This document shows, piece by piece, positions 1 through 63,250 of a stretch of DNA of 64,000 nt (within the stretch, counting starts at the first letter, position 1; each line of letters begins with the position of its first letter). Origin of the DNA: the human T2T-CHM13v2.0 reference genome, Homo sapiens; the NCBI RefSeq assembly GCF_009914755.1, contig NC_060935.1; one strand, 5' to 3'. The notes under the pieces are model-generated. The model was not told the origin of the DNA. It saw nothing but the letters and a program-made list of their open reading frames with translations, and ran no database searches. A program made the translations under genes and the position numbers.

Positions 1-18
1 CGTCACAGGAGAGCGCAG

Positions 19-107
19 TCAAGGGTGTCCTGGGAGGAACGCTGGTGGCGACCAGGGCTGTGTGTGGGGCCTGGCCGGTAGGCACGGAGAGGCCGCACGC
101 TGGGACG
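19..107 (-). CDS. PEX16: PEX16 alternative last exon (distal acceptor), 346-aa isoform
   Basis: CAG acceptor at 110-108; in frame with exon 10 gives TSQRAASPCLPARPHTQPWSPPAFLPGHP*, the C-terminus I recall for PEX16 isoform 2. Confidence 0.85.
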
Positions 108-121
108 CTGCCGGAGTCAGT

Positions 122-127
122 TTTATT
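122..127 (-). terminator. Candidate proximal poly(A) signal AATAAA of PEX16
   Basis: TTTATT on + strand, about 57 nt past the isoform-1 stop. Confidence 0.6.
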
Positions 128-183
128 AGGGAAGAGGGGCTCCCTGCCCCACCCCTCCCCACACCCTCCTTCCGGGAGGTCTG

Positions 184-8310
<8,127 letters not shown>

Positions 8311-8366
8311 CCATCTCCGTTTCCTCAACAAAGGTAGTGCTGGGGAAACTGAGGCAGTAAGGAGTC

Positions 8367-8381
8367 CAGCCCTCTAGTGCC
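8367..8381 (-). promoter_or_regulatory. Candidate CTCF site between PEX16 and LARGE2 promoters
   Basis: Reverse complement GGCACTAGAGGGCTG resembles the CTCF core CCACYAGRGGGC. Confidence 0.45.
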
Positions 8382-9553
8382 GTCTCGATCCCCTAGACAG
8401 CACAGTTAGTGCTCCGGCTTCGGCCTCAGCTCCCGTATGGACTGTGCCCCCCAAAGGGCTCGCGCCTGCATTCCCACATACGCGAAGAAAGCCCTGGCCC
8501 GGGCTTCTCTCGGCTCGGTGGCCCTTGGGCGGGAGTATCCCTTCTCTGGGTCTCGGATTTCCCGATCTGTAAAATGGTTTGAGGGCAGACTTGATCCTTG
8601 AACTCAGAATCGATCTCAGCTTTCTGGCCCTCGGACGCACCTCGCAGTCCTCAGCTGCGCCCCCAAGGGAAGGGGAGACCCCTGGGGAGTATCTTCCCAA
8701 ACCAAGCAGCCTCCCTGGAACGGGTGGCACCGGGAGATCTGCGGCGAGTGGTGGAGGGAACGGGCGCTCTGGGGAGGTAGCGCTGATTGGCTGCGGGGAA
8801 AGGGGCGTGACATGGGTGGAGCCGTGGGCCAGTGGCCTGAGGGAGCGGGCCAGCGGATTTATGGTACCCTGAGAATAGTAATACATTATTTTACCTAATC
8901 CTCTCCACCAGATATCTCCAGATGAAGAAAGCATCCTTTTAAGAACGCCCAGCCAAAATTTGAGTGTTGGTCTTTTCTGACCTCAGAGACTAGGCGGTTT
9001 TTTTTAATTCATTTTTTTTAACTTTAATTTTATTTTTAGAGACCAGGTCTAAGCATCACACCTCACCAGGAAACCACAACCTTCCTTCCACTCCCTCACT
9101 CCACCCTACTCCACAGCTTAGTTTTCTTCTCTATCAGGTGGGGGATTAAAGCTGCCCTCTTCTCACATCAAAGAACGAAGACCCAGGGAAAGGTGACCAG
9201 GGGCCTGAGGAGAGGCAAAGGTCTTGGAGAACAGAGGAGGTGGTCATGGGCATCGTCGACATCATTTCTGGCCACGCTCTGGGTTCCAGGCTTGCTTGCC
9301 CTCCTCCCAGCAGCCCCAAGTTGCTATGAACTGTTCACAGATGGGAAATTAGGGCCCAATAAGGAGGGGAAAGGATTTGTCCCACATGGCACAGCAAGGC
9401 ACTGGCCAAAGAGGCCACAGCGCAGGTCTCCAGTGGCAGTGCCCTCTCTCCTACTGCCCACAGCCCACAAAAGCTGTGACATGTTGAGGCTCCTTGGTCA
9501 TAAGGCCAGTTAGCAACTGGGATTAGGACCTAGGCTCAGGGCCCTCAAGGTGA

Positions 9554-9885
<332 letters not shown>

Positions 9886-10754
9886 CCCTGCAGGGCCCTG
9901 CTGTGCACCAACACCTTAGTGAACTTGTTCCTCAAACCTCCAGTTTGGCCACTCCTCCAGCCCTCCCTCTGCAGCTGTGGAGAGGGTACAGAGAGAGAAT
10001 TTGAGGTTCTTCAGCACTCCTTGGGCTGGAGGTCCTGATTCTGAGAGCAAGGTGTGGAGGGGAGAGGGGCAGACTCCCCAGGACAGAATAGGAAGGGGCT
10101 TGGGCTGGAACCAGTTTCTTCTCCCTCCCTGCAGAACTGGGAAGGGGAGCATGGGTCTAGCCAGCTTGGCAGCAGCAGGGCTGCCTGAATTTCCTCTCTA
10201 GATCCCAGGCCGGATTAGGCCCCAGAGACAAAGAGTTGCGGTGTGTGCAGGAGGCCCCTCCCCTGCTCCCTGGCCCCCTGCCTGGGCTTGGCCGTCTTTG
10301 TTGGGCTGGAAGGACCTTTGGGCAGATTGAGCCGTATCCTCTCTCCTTCAGTTTGCCCCAAGTCACAGGGGAAGAGAGGTAGACCAGTCCAACATTTACC
10401 TACGAGAGTACCAGAGGCCCAGAGATGGAGCCTCACTCGTCTAATAGGGTCACACAGCAAAGTCCTGGGCAGAGCTGGGTCAAAATGGGTCTTAGGCCAA
10501 GAGGAACAGCACCTGTTTATATGCCCATACGTGTCCCTCTTTCTCCCTCCACGCCCCCAGAACAACCCCTTGGGGGCCTAGCAGGTATCTCAGCACTTCA
10601 GTTTCCCTGAGTGGTGAGGTTGAGCCAGAAGAAGGGCCAACATTGTGAGTGACTACAGTGAGATCTGCAGACCCAGCTTCCTGCACTGACTCCCCCAGCC
10701 CCTTTATTGAAGACTCATCCTGGGCCAGCACCCAACTATGGATCCCATATGGTG

Positions 10755-11053
<299 letters not shown>

Positions 11054-12755
11054 TAACCCCCACAAACCGTCTCTGTTGAGGGTCCTGGAGAGGGAATCAC
11101 ATTTCCCCACCCCAGCTTTAGGCTACAGATGAAGATCAGGGAGGCTGGAGGCTCAAGCTCCAGACGCCTGAGTGGCCAGTGCATGGCCCTTCTCAATTTC
11201 TGGGTGCACAAGGAGCCACCATCAGTCTCCATAGCAACCATTATCCCTGCCCTCCAGAGACCCAAAGCCTGACCTTCCCCATCTCCCAGAGAAAGGGGGT
11301 CTCAGGTTGGGCTGCTTTCCACAGCTTCTTTTGAGTTTGCCTCACTTTTTGCAGCCAGAAGTTGGGCAAAGGACACAGCCTGAGCCCCCTTTCCAGGTCA
11401 TGGGAGGGGAGATTCTCATTCCAATCCACTTTCAACAGGTATTGAGCACTTGGTATGTGCAGGCCCTGGTTGGGCACTGGGGACTGGACAGACAAGGTTC
11501 CAGTCCGGTGAGCAGCTTACATTCTGGGAGGGAGACCTGCAATAAACAAGCAAACAACTTCAACTTTCCATGAGTGCTAGCCAGCCCTGGGAGGCTCCGC
11601 TGCCAGAAGGAACGTCAAGGGCAAGTCCTGGGGCGGGAGACCCTTCCGGAGGAGGAGCAAGAAAGCTGCTTCTGCAGCGCAGAGCCTGGGGAACGGAGTG
11701 GGGCCGCTTGAGACGGGAGGGGCCGGAGGGTGTTCTTGTCTAACAGGTCACTTAAACTCTCCGGGGGAGAATTAGCCCGCATCATGGGATTAATCGAGGG
11801 TGATTAAATCCTTAGCACAGGGCCTGGCACGCTGTGCTGGTTTAGGGTCCAGAGCGCCCCCCACCCATTCCCTGGCCTGCTATGGGGTGCGCGGGGGAGA
11901 GGGAGGAAAGACGAGCTCCAGGCCGGTGCGCCCGGGCACAATCACGACGATCTGGACAAGAGTGGGGATCCCCGGCCCTGCCCAGGCAGCCTAGGCCGCC
12001 CGCGTCTGGGGCCCCTCGCCAGCTCCCGGGCGGGAGGCGGCCTTCACAAGGGCGCTTTGTCCTGGCGGCGCCGGCAGGGCCCGGCCGGGCCACCTGGACT
12101 GAGAGTGGGGGAGTGAGGCGAAGGCTTCAGGTGCTCCGCGGCTCTGGCGCAGGTGTCGGCCGGCTCCGCCCCTGTCCCCAGAGCAGGTGTCCCAGACCCT
12201 GCGGCCTGCATTCCGGCCCCCTCCTCCTCCCTCGTGTCGAGCTCCCGCAGTGTCTTTGATCCCGGGCCCGGGGACACTGGCCCCTCCCCTTGGGGAGTGA
12301 GGGGAGGAGACGCGGCCCCAGAGCGGGGGCAGGGCAGGGGGTCAGGGCAGGTAGCGGGGCCCGGGCCTTCGCGGGTGGCTGCTCCCGCTCCCCCAGCCCT
12401 CCCCGCGTCCTGGTGGGAAACTCAGCCCAGAAGGGGGCTTCGGGGGCTCCTCGCGGGCTGGGGAACCGTCGGATGCCGGCGCAGGGGGCGGGGCCAGGAC
12501 CCCGGGGGGGTCACCCCGCCCCTTCGCGCTCAGCCCAGCTGAGGTGAAACCTGAGCCCAGGTCGGGGGCGGGACCGGCCCGCGCCTCTCCCCTGGTTCCC
12601 GCACCCTGGCCGGCGGCTGCGAGCGCAGGGCCCAGCCCGGGAGCCGCTGGAGCAGGTGAGGGAGGCGGCTCGGCGCGAGCCGCACAACCCGGCCGTCGGG
12701 CCCCGCCGCCCAGGGCTGAGTCTCCCATCTCGCCCCTCGGTCCGCAGGGCCTGCG

Positions 12756-12791
12756 ATGGAGCCTGCAGCCCCGGGTCGCGTCCCTCCCTGA
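12756..12791 (+). promoter_or_regulatory. uORF (MEPAAPGRVPP*) in LARGE2 5'UTR
   Basis: GCGATGG context at 12756, TGA 12789-12791, inside the exon that starts at 12748. Confidence 0.7.
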
Positions 12792-12809
12792 GCGCCCCCG
12801 TCGGCGGCC

Positions 12810-18759
<5,950 letters not shown>

Positions 18760-18991
18760 GGCTGGGCCGGCGCTGCCCCTCATCTTAGCATTGGGCAGAC
18801 ACCAGGGCAACCTGCCCTCCGCCATCCCTGCTATTTAAATTATTTAAGGTCTCTGGGAAGGGCTGGGGCAGAGCATCTGTGGGGTGGGGTCTTCCCCTTG
18901 CTGCTATTGTATGGCTGGGGACTGGTCTCTCTCTGCCCCAGCCAGTTTGGGGCTGGTTCCCCCATCTTGAATTGTTTATCCCTTTTTCATA

Positions 18992-18997
18992 ATTAAA
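18992..18997 (+). terminator. LARGE2 poly(A) signal ATTAAA
   Basis: About 233 nt after the stop, followed by a U/GU-rich element (TTTTTTTGTGTT near 19010-19021). Confidence 0.8.
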
Positions 18998-19240
18998 GTT
19001 TTAAAACATCTTTTTTGTGTTCCTGGTTTGGGGGAGCAAGGGCACTCTGGGGCTAGGGCGTCAGTGCACAAGGGAGGTGCTACATCCAGCTGGGGTCACA
19101 GGAGGGCCTGGGCCCTTAAGGGCAAGCACCCCCCCGCCCCCCACCCCCAGACAGCCAGTCAGGGAGGGCAGAGGCTGGGACTGGAATGTGTCCTGCCCAC
19201 CCTCCCCTGCCCCAAACCCAACACCATGAGGCTGAGAGGC

Positions 19241-19256
19241 TTTATTTGGCTTTATT
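19241..19256 (-). terminator. PHF21A distal poly(A) signals (two AATAAA)
   Basis: TTTATT at 19241-19246 and 19251-19256 with a U-rich region upstream and GU-rich TGGTGTTGGGTTT downstream on the minus strand. Confidence 0.75.
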
Positions 19257-20525
19257 TAGTAAAATGTTAAAATAAATAAATACAAATTGATCAGCTGCTC
19301 TGTATCCCCCCCCACCCCCTCAAAACAAAAACCAAACAAACAAAAACAAAAACTTTGAAGCACAAAACTCCAAATACAAGTCTACCAAGACTGAAATCAC
19401 AAAGGGCATGGACAAGAGACAGGGTTGGGGTCTGGCTGGCTCTTCTCTGCTAGGAGCTGGCTGACCTCTGGCCTGCCCGTCCCATCCCGCCTGACTGCAG
19501 CTCACCCTGGGCTGAGGACCCACGGACACCGGAGAGAGGTGAGGGTCCAAAGGCTGCTGGGGAAGGGGTAGGGGGGTGGGGTCCTCAGGGAGGAAGGGCC
19601 TTGTGGGAGGGGGCGCCAAGTGGAACTGGAGAGCCCTGCTTCCGTTTAGAGGAGGTATTTTTCAGAGTCCCTACCCCGGCTTTCTGGAGGGCAGCCCCAG
19701 CTTCCTGCCCCTCACTTTAGCAAGGGGCCAGAAGACTGCCCAGGGCTGCCCACTCCTGTCTTGGAGAGGAGCTGACTCAGAGGACAGTCTAAGTCAGGGT
19801 GAGGATGGGAGTCCTGCTTCCTGCCAGGGGTGCCCGGCAGAGGGACAGGGGCGAGGTTCACACAGAGCAAAGTTGCCTCCACTCAACAGAAGCCACGGGA
19901 TCTGGAGAACCCAGGCCCTGGAAAATGCACCTGGGCCACCATCCATCTCATTACCCTAAGAGCCTTTTGCCCCTGGGTAAAAAGTCTCCTAAATTCAGCC
20001 CTTTAGATAAATAAGAAGGACCACGCCCTATAAGAGAATGAAGAGAGGAAACCACTGAAGAGTGTGTGTGAGCTGGGAGGTGACAGCCCAAGGGAGGCTC
20101 TGATGGCCCCAAGAGAGAAGTATCAGAGGTGGCTGGAGAGGCAGCCGTGCATGCGGAGACGGAAGCGTGCTGCAGACACGGTCACCCTCACGGAAACAGC
20201 TGTGTGTAACCACCTCCATGCACGCTGCCTGTTGGGCCTGAGCCAAGCAGCAGCAGGGACAGAGAGGCAGGTGTTGCAGGGAAACCAGGCACACGATGGT
20301 GCCAGCTGGAGGCTGCCAGGGCGGCCCCACCAGGGACTGCCCCTAACTGCCTCCCTATGTCAGGTACAACCAGCAGGCTTACCCCAAAGGGCCTGATAAG
20401 GAAGGAAGAAATCAAAACCCCAGAGGAGCTCAGCACAGGTGAGACAAGACCCAGCAGGCTCCATGAAAGAAAAAGGACCCACAGGCAGCAAGAATGCAGA
20501 GGTGGAGATGACAGCAACATGGCCT

Positions 20526-20635
20526 CACTGTTACCAGGATGCAGCGCCTGGACAGGAGCTGGCAGGGGACTCCCAGTCATCACTGCCACCAGGGCGCAGC
20601 GCCTGATCAGGAGCTGGCAGGGGACTCCCAGTCAG
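20526..20635. repeat. 55-bp tandem duplication
   Basis: 20526-20580 versus 20581-20635, 48/55 identical by eye. Confidence 0.85.
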
Positions 20636-23600
20636 GGCCCAGTGGGCAGCCGCTCCAGCTCTCTGAAGTGACTGCAAAGCCAGCTGGTCTCAAAAGTGGC
20701 TGTCAGAGCAGCTAAATTCTGGGCCGTGGGGAAAGAGCAGCGGAGGGAAGGAGGAGGAAGCAAGTGGAGGTGGCTGGGGTGGGGCAGTGTCACGAGCGTA
20801 TGTCTCAGGTGGTCACAGGCCCCCCCCCCCTCCCCGCCCAGGTCTGAGGGGACAGTGAAGGACAGGGAGATTGGGTGCCAGGGGCCTCTTCTTTACAGTA
20901 AAGCAGTGTTTTGGAATTTGAGTGCAGAATGTAGGTTTGGGGGCTGGGTTGCATCTCGTACTCCATACTAGCTGACTCCCAAAACAGCTCACATCTGAAT
21001 GTCAGGAAGAATCCACAGCCCAGCTGCAGGCGAGGTCAGAATGTACCCGACACTGCTGAGGGCGGCAGGCAAAGCCCTGGTCAATTCCTAGCCCCGTCCT
21101 CCGACCCAAGACTCCTAAGGCAGCTCCTCTCTGAGCAAAGGCCTCTAGTGATGATGGTTTCCCAACTTCTTTCAGGAAAAGGTAAGTTAGAGGTGTTGTG
21201 TGGCAACCCCCAGATGGGCCCAGACAAGTTGAGGGGAAGAGCTCTAGACAGGGCAGACAGCCTGCTGCTGGTCTCTGATCCTCTGCCAACGATTCCTCCA
21301 ACTAGTCCAGGCATCTCCAAGGCTCCCTGACTAGACACAGCACCTTGGTTTCTGAATGAGAAAAGGGAACTCTTTCCCCCTCAGCCAATCAAGCAGCCAG
21401 GGCCTAACTCTGAGGCCTGTTCAGCCTAACTTAATTCCTTCTTCTGAGGCCCCTGGGAAGATGAAAGGCGATGGCTGATAGAGATGAGACACATTTTACT
21501 CTAAGAAGTGTCTCTTCTCTGTTGCATTTGCTTTCAGATCTGTCTTTGTCTCTCTGGGCCTAATTGGGTGGGAGAGAAGCTGATAGGATCGTTTCTACCT
21601 CTCCTAGACTCTGGCCATTCCCAGGGCCTGGAGTGGGCTTGGGGGAGATGCTCCAGCAGGGCCAGGGTACAGAGCCTCCACCGCCCTCCCATCGGCCAGG
21701 GGCACGCAAGGGGCAAAGGTCTCCAGCGAGAGCACAAATCTGACACAATTTACTTCTGACAAGGCAAGATGAGAGAATGGTCTGAGTCTTTCACAACCCT
21801 GGTTTTCTCAAGGAGAGGCCACAACCGGCCAAGCCGAGGCAAGCGCAGCAATTCTAGCCCAGGGTCACCCAGGAGGCTTGTGGGTGGGTGGAGTGGAGTA
21901 AATTTCTGGTGCCTGGAGCCAACAGGCAGAGAAAGGAGTGGGAGCTTCAGACCTCTCCCCAAAGGCAAGACAGAGCGAAGGCCACGCTGGGGCTCTGTCT
22001 CAGAGACGTACCCTCAAAACATGTCACTCCTCCTCTGTTCTAAGCACCAAGGGCTGATGCAGCCGTACTCCCGCACCCTCCTGTCACGGCCAGGGTGCGT
22101 GCGCACCACAGAGCTCCGCTGGCCAGTTCCCTCGGAGGTGTCCCCCAGGCACTCATAATGCTGGTGGCTGAAAGACCAAAAGCAGCACCAAAGGAAGGGA
22201 TCTTATTTAGGCACCAGCCTTTTGCTCTAGCAGAATCTGAGAAGACCACGGGTAGGGCCCTGATACCATCCACGCTTCCATTTGGGCTTCACAACAGGAG
22301 ACAAGATCCCTGCACCAAGAAGAGAGCACGGTCTTTTCTGAGGAGAGAGAAGGGTGGGGAGCTCCGCCTCTGTCCTTCAAGGAGACTGGCCCACCAGTCT
22401 AGAGACACACACACGGCAAAATGTCATCGTGATCAGCAGGGTCTGTGCTAAAAAATTATAACTACACGGCATTTTCTCCAGTTCTGACACCTTTTTAATA
22501 GAAATCACTGTTTTTAGGAAACAAATAGCACTTTTGTAATTTTTTTTTACAATGTTTCTTACCTTGATCTTAATTTAAGTAACACTAGGAAGACCTCAAT
22601 ATCTTTTATTTTCCTTTTTAATTTAAAAAAAAGTTTTTTTTCCCCAGATACAAAGATTTTTGCCCTTGCATAAAAAAACAGTGCCCGAACGATGACACAA
22701 GGACTCACAAAGACTCACGGGACCTCACTGACACTATGATTCCTACTCTACCATGCAAGGTCTTGGCTACCCTTAATTGGACTGTCAGCCTGAAAAACAG
22801 CTTTTCTATTCCTTATTTTAGTTTTTGTTACCAAGAAAGTAAAATGAACAGTAAAATAAAACTTTCCTTAAAGAAAAAAAGAACAAAAACAAAAATTAAA
22901 GAAAGAGAAAAGAAACGTCTCCATTCAATTCACACACACCTGGGTCGCGTGCTGCTTCACTCAAGATCTTCTCTTCTTATAAATATAGAAAAGGGATGGA
23001 GCTTGTTTTCAAGTAAAATCACTGATCCACCTTTTTTTCCTTCCTGGACACACACATCCTTCTTCCCTGCCTTGGGCAAGGGCCAGTGGCCCGGGCTCTG
23101 CTTGTTCTTGGAGAGGAGACAGCGGGATAACCACGGAGATGCGCGACTCACCAAGCAGGGAAGGAAGGAGACTGGGCAGGCTTCAGGAGTGGTGGGGTTA
23201 CCGCGCAGGGAGCAGAGTGCAGGGGAGAAGAACCTACTGGCTGTTCTTGGTGTCAGTCTCCCCTTGCACGAGGCCCCCGCCAGAGGTGATTAAATACTGC
23301 TTATTTGATACACTGTCCCACCCCCTGCTCCCTCCAGCCACTCCCCTTCCCTCTTCTGGGCACTGGGGTTGGTGAAATCTCAATTCCTTTTTTTGGTTTT
23401 ATAGTAGCGAAAGTTTAGAAACAGGAAAGCCCACACACTCTTTGGACTTGTCTTCTCTACCTAAACAAACGGCTCGGCAAGTAAGGATCTGAAACCTGCT
23501 CTCCTCCCTCCGCCCGTCCCTGCTCCCCACCCAAGAAAACAGAAACAAACCCATCGTGGCTGTGGAGGCTGCTGCAGGCACACACTGGTGTATAATAGAG

Positions 23601-23879
23601 AGAGTAAATATATTATTTCACTTGGCATGGTGCTGGCAAAGAACCTCCAGCTGGCACTATTTCATGTAACATGGTCCAATCTTTGCATGTACACACAGAA
23701 TAAGAAGGATCAATTGGCAAACTCTGGTGCCACCTGGCACAAGCATCTTCTCTCTCTCTGGAACCAAAGAACCAAAAGAATTCTGCACTTTCCAGAAATC
23801 CGGCTTTGCTTTTCTAGAGTCTTCAGTGTTCTGTTCTCCTTGCCGCCGGGATCCCGTGGCTTCTCCTAGAGGGGCTCTG

Positions 23880-61312
<37,433 letters not shown>

Positions 61313-61837
61313 CTAGGAGACAGGGAAAACAGATATTAGGACACTAAATCTAAACTAAATAATAAACTAAATCCCACTAAACAATATGCTGCTTAACCTT
61401 GGAAGAAAACAAAACAATAATTCTCATAATCAAGTTTCTCTGTAGAACAACATTTCTTTTGTGTACATACAGCATACTCCTTACTACAGAGAAAGGCAAT
61501 CTCTAGTTTTCAAGAGTTCTCATATTGGTGTCACTTGTAAATGGGTAAGTTCATAGTAATAACTGCAGACTAATTCAGGCACAGGGTTTTCAACAACAAA
61601 TGGGGTAGGTATACAGATACAGAATGTGAGTATACTTAATTCTTTTAGTTTTTCTAGTTCTTTGCTTGCTGTCAATTAATTTAAACTTTGTACTAGTTGC
61701 AAATCAATGAGGTACATGTCATTTCTATCCTAACTGCTACAAGCTCACCAATATGAAGAAAGCCACCATACAGTTCTGGATATCTGCTTCCTGAGACACA
61801 AAGGCTGGGGTAAAAGGACAGTGTCTTTTTCTTTCTT

Positions 61838-61839
<2 letters not shown>

Positions 61840-61874
<35 letters not shown>
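61840..61874. repeat. Poly(T) run of about 35 nt
   Basis: Direct observation; no adjoining Alu body. Confidence 0.9.
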
Positions 61875-61877
<3 letters not shown>

Positions 61878-62407
61878 GTGTCACCCTGGAGAGAAGGAAG
61901 GGAAACTCACATAAGGATTAGCATGTCGCCTCTGAGGTAGTTACCCTGGAGGCAATGAGTCCCAAAGCTCCAGATAATGAAACATGTTAGCCAATGAGTA
62001 TATAGTAAATACCAGTTCTTGATACTAAAGGGATATTATGAGTTACTACCTATAATCTTTTCTCTGGAGAACTGCTGCAGAAGTGATCAAAGATGCAATG
62101 AAACATGACAAGGTGAAAACAAACATCTGAGTTTTAAAAGCCTGAGAGATCAGAAGATGAACTGAGGTGAGAGGACTTGACTGATGCTCCTTAAGTGCTA
62201 TTGCAGCTTTGAAGCTGTACTTTTCTAGACTTTTTACTAGAATAATTAAAGGAATCAGTTACAAAACAAACAAAAAAATATAAACAAACTCATTATATGG
62301 CCTAAACATCTATCTGGAGATAGATCAACATTTCAGGAACATGAAAATTTATCTGGTCAAACTCATTGATTCTGATTTTGATACTACTCCACCTTTACTG
62401 TATATTT

Positions 62408-63250
<843 letters not shown>

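Larger units (their letters stand above)
19220..23879 (-). other. PHF21A: PHF21A long 3'UTR
   Basis: Between TAA (23882-23880) and the distal AATAAA pair; no Alu seen. Confidence 0.7.

Noticed and set aside
8374-8934. 186-aa minus-strand ORF upstream of PEX16
   Set aside because: No recognisable domain; runs through a MIR-like fragment and promoter motifs
22736-23293. 185-aa plus-strand ORF antisense to the PHF21A 3'UTR
   Set aside because: Lys-rich segment comes from the U-rich UTR; no promoter or splice support
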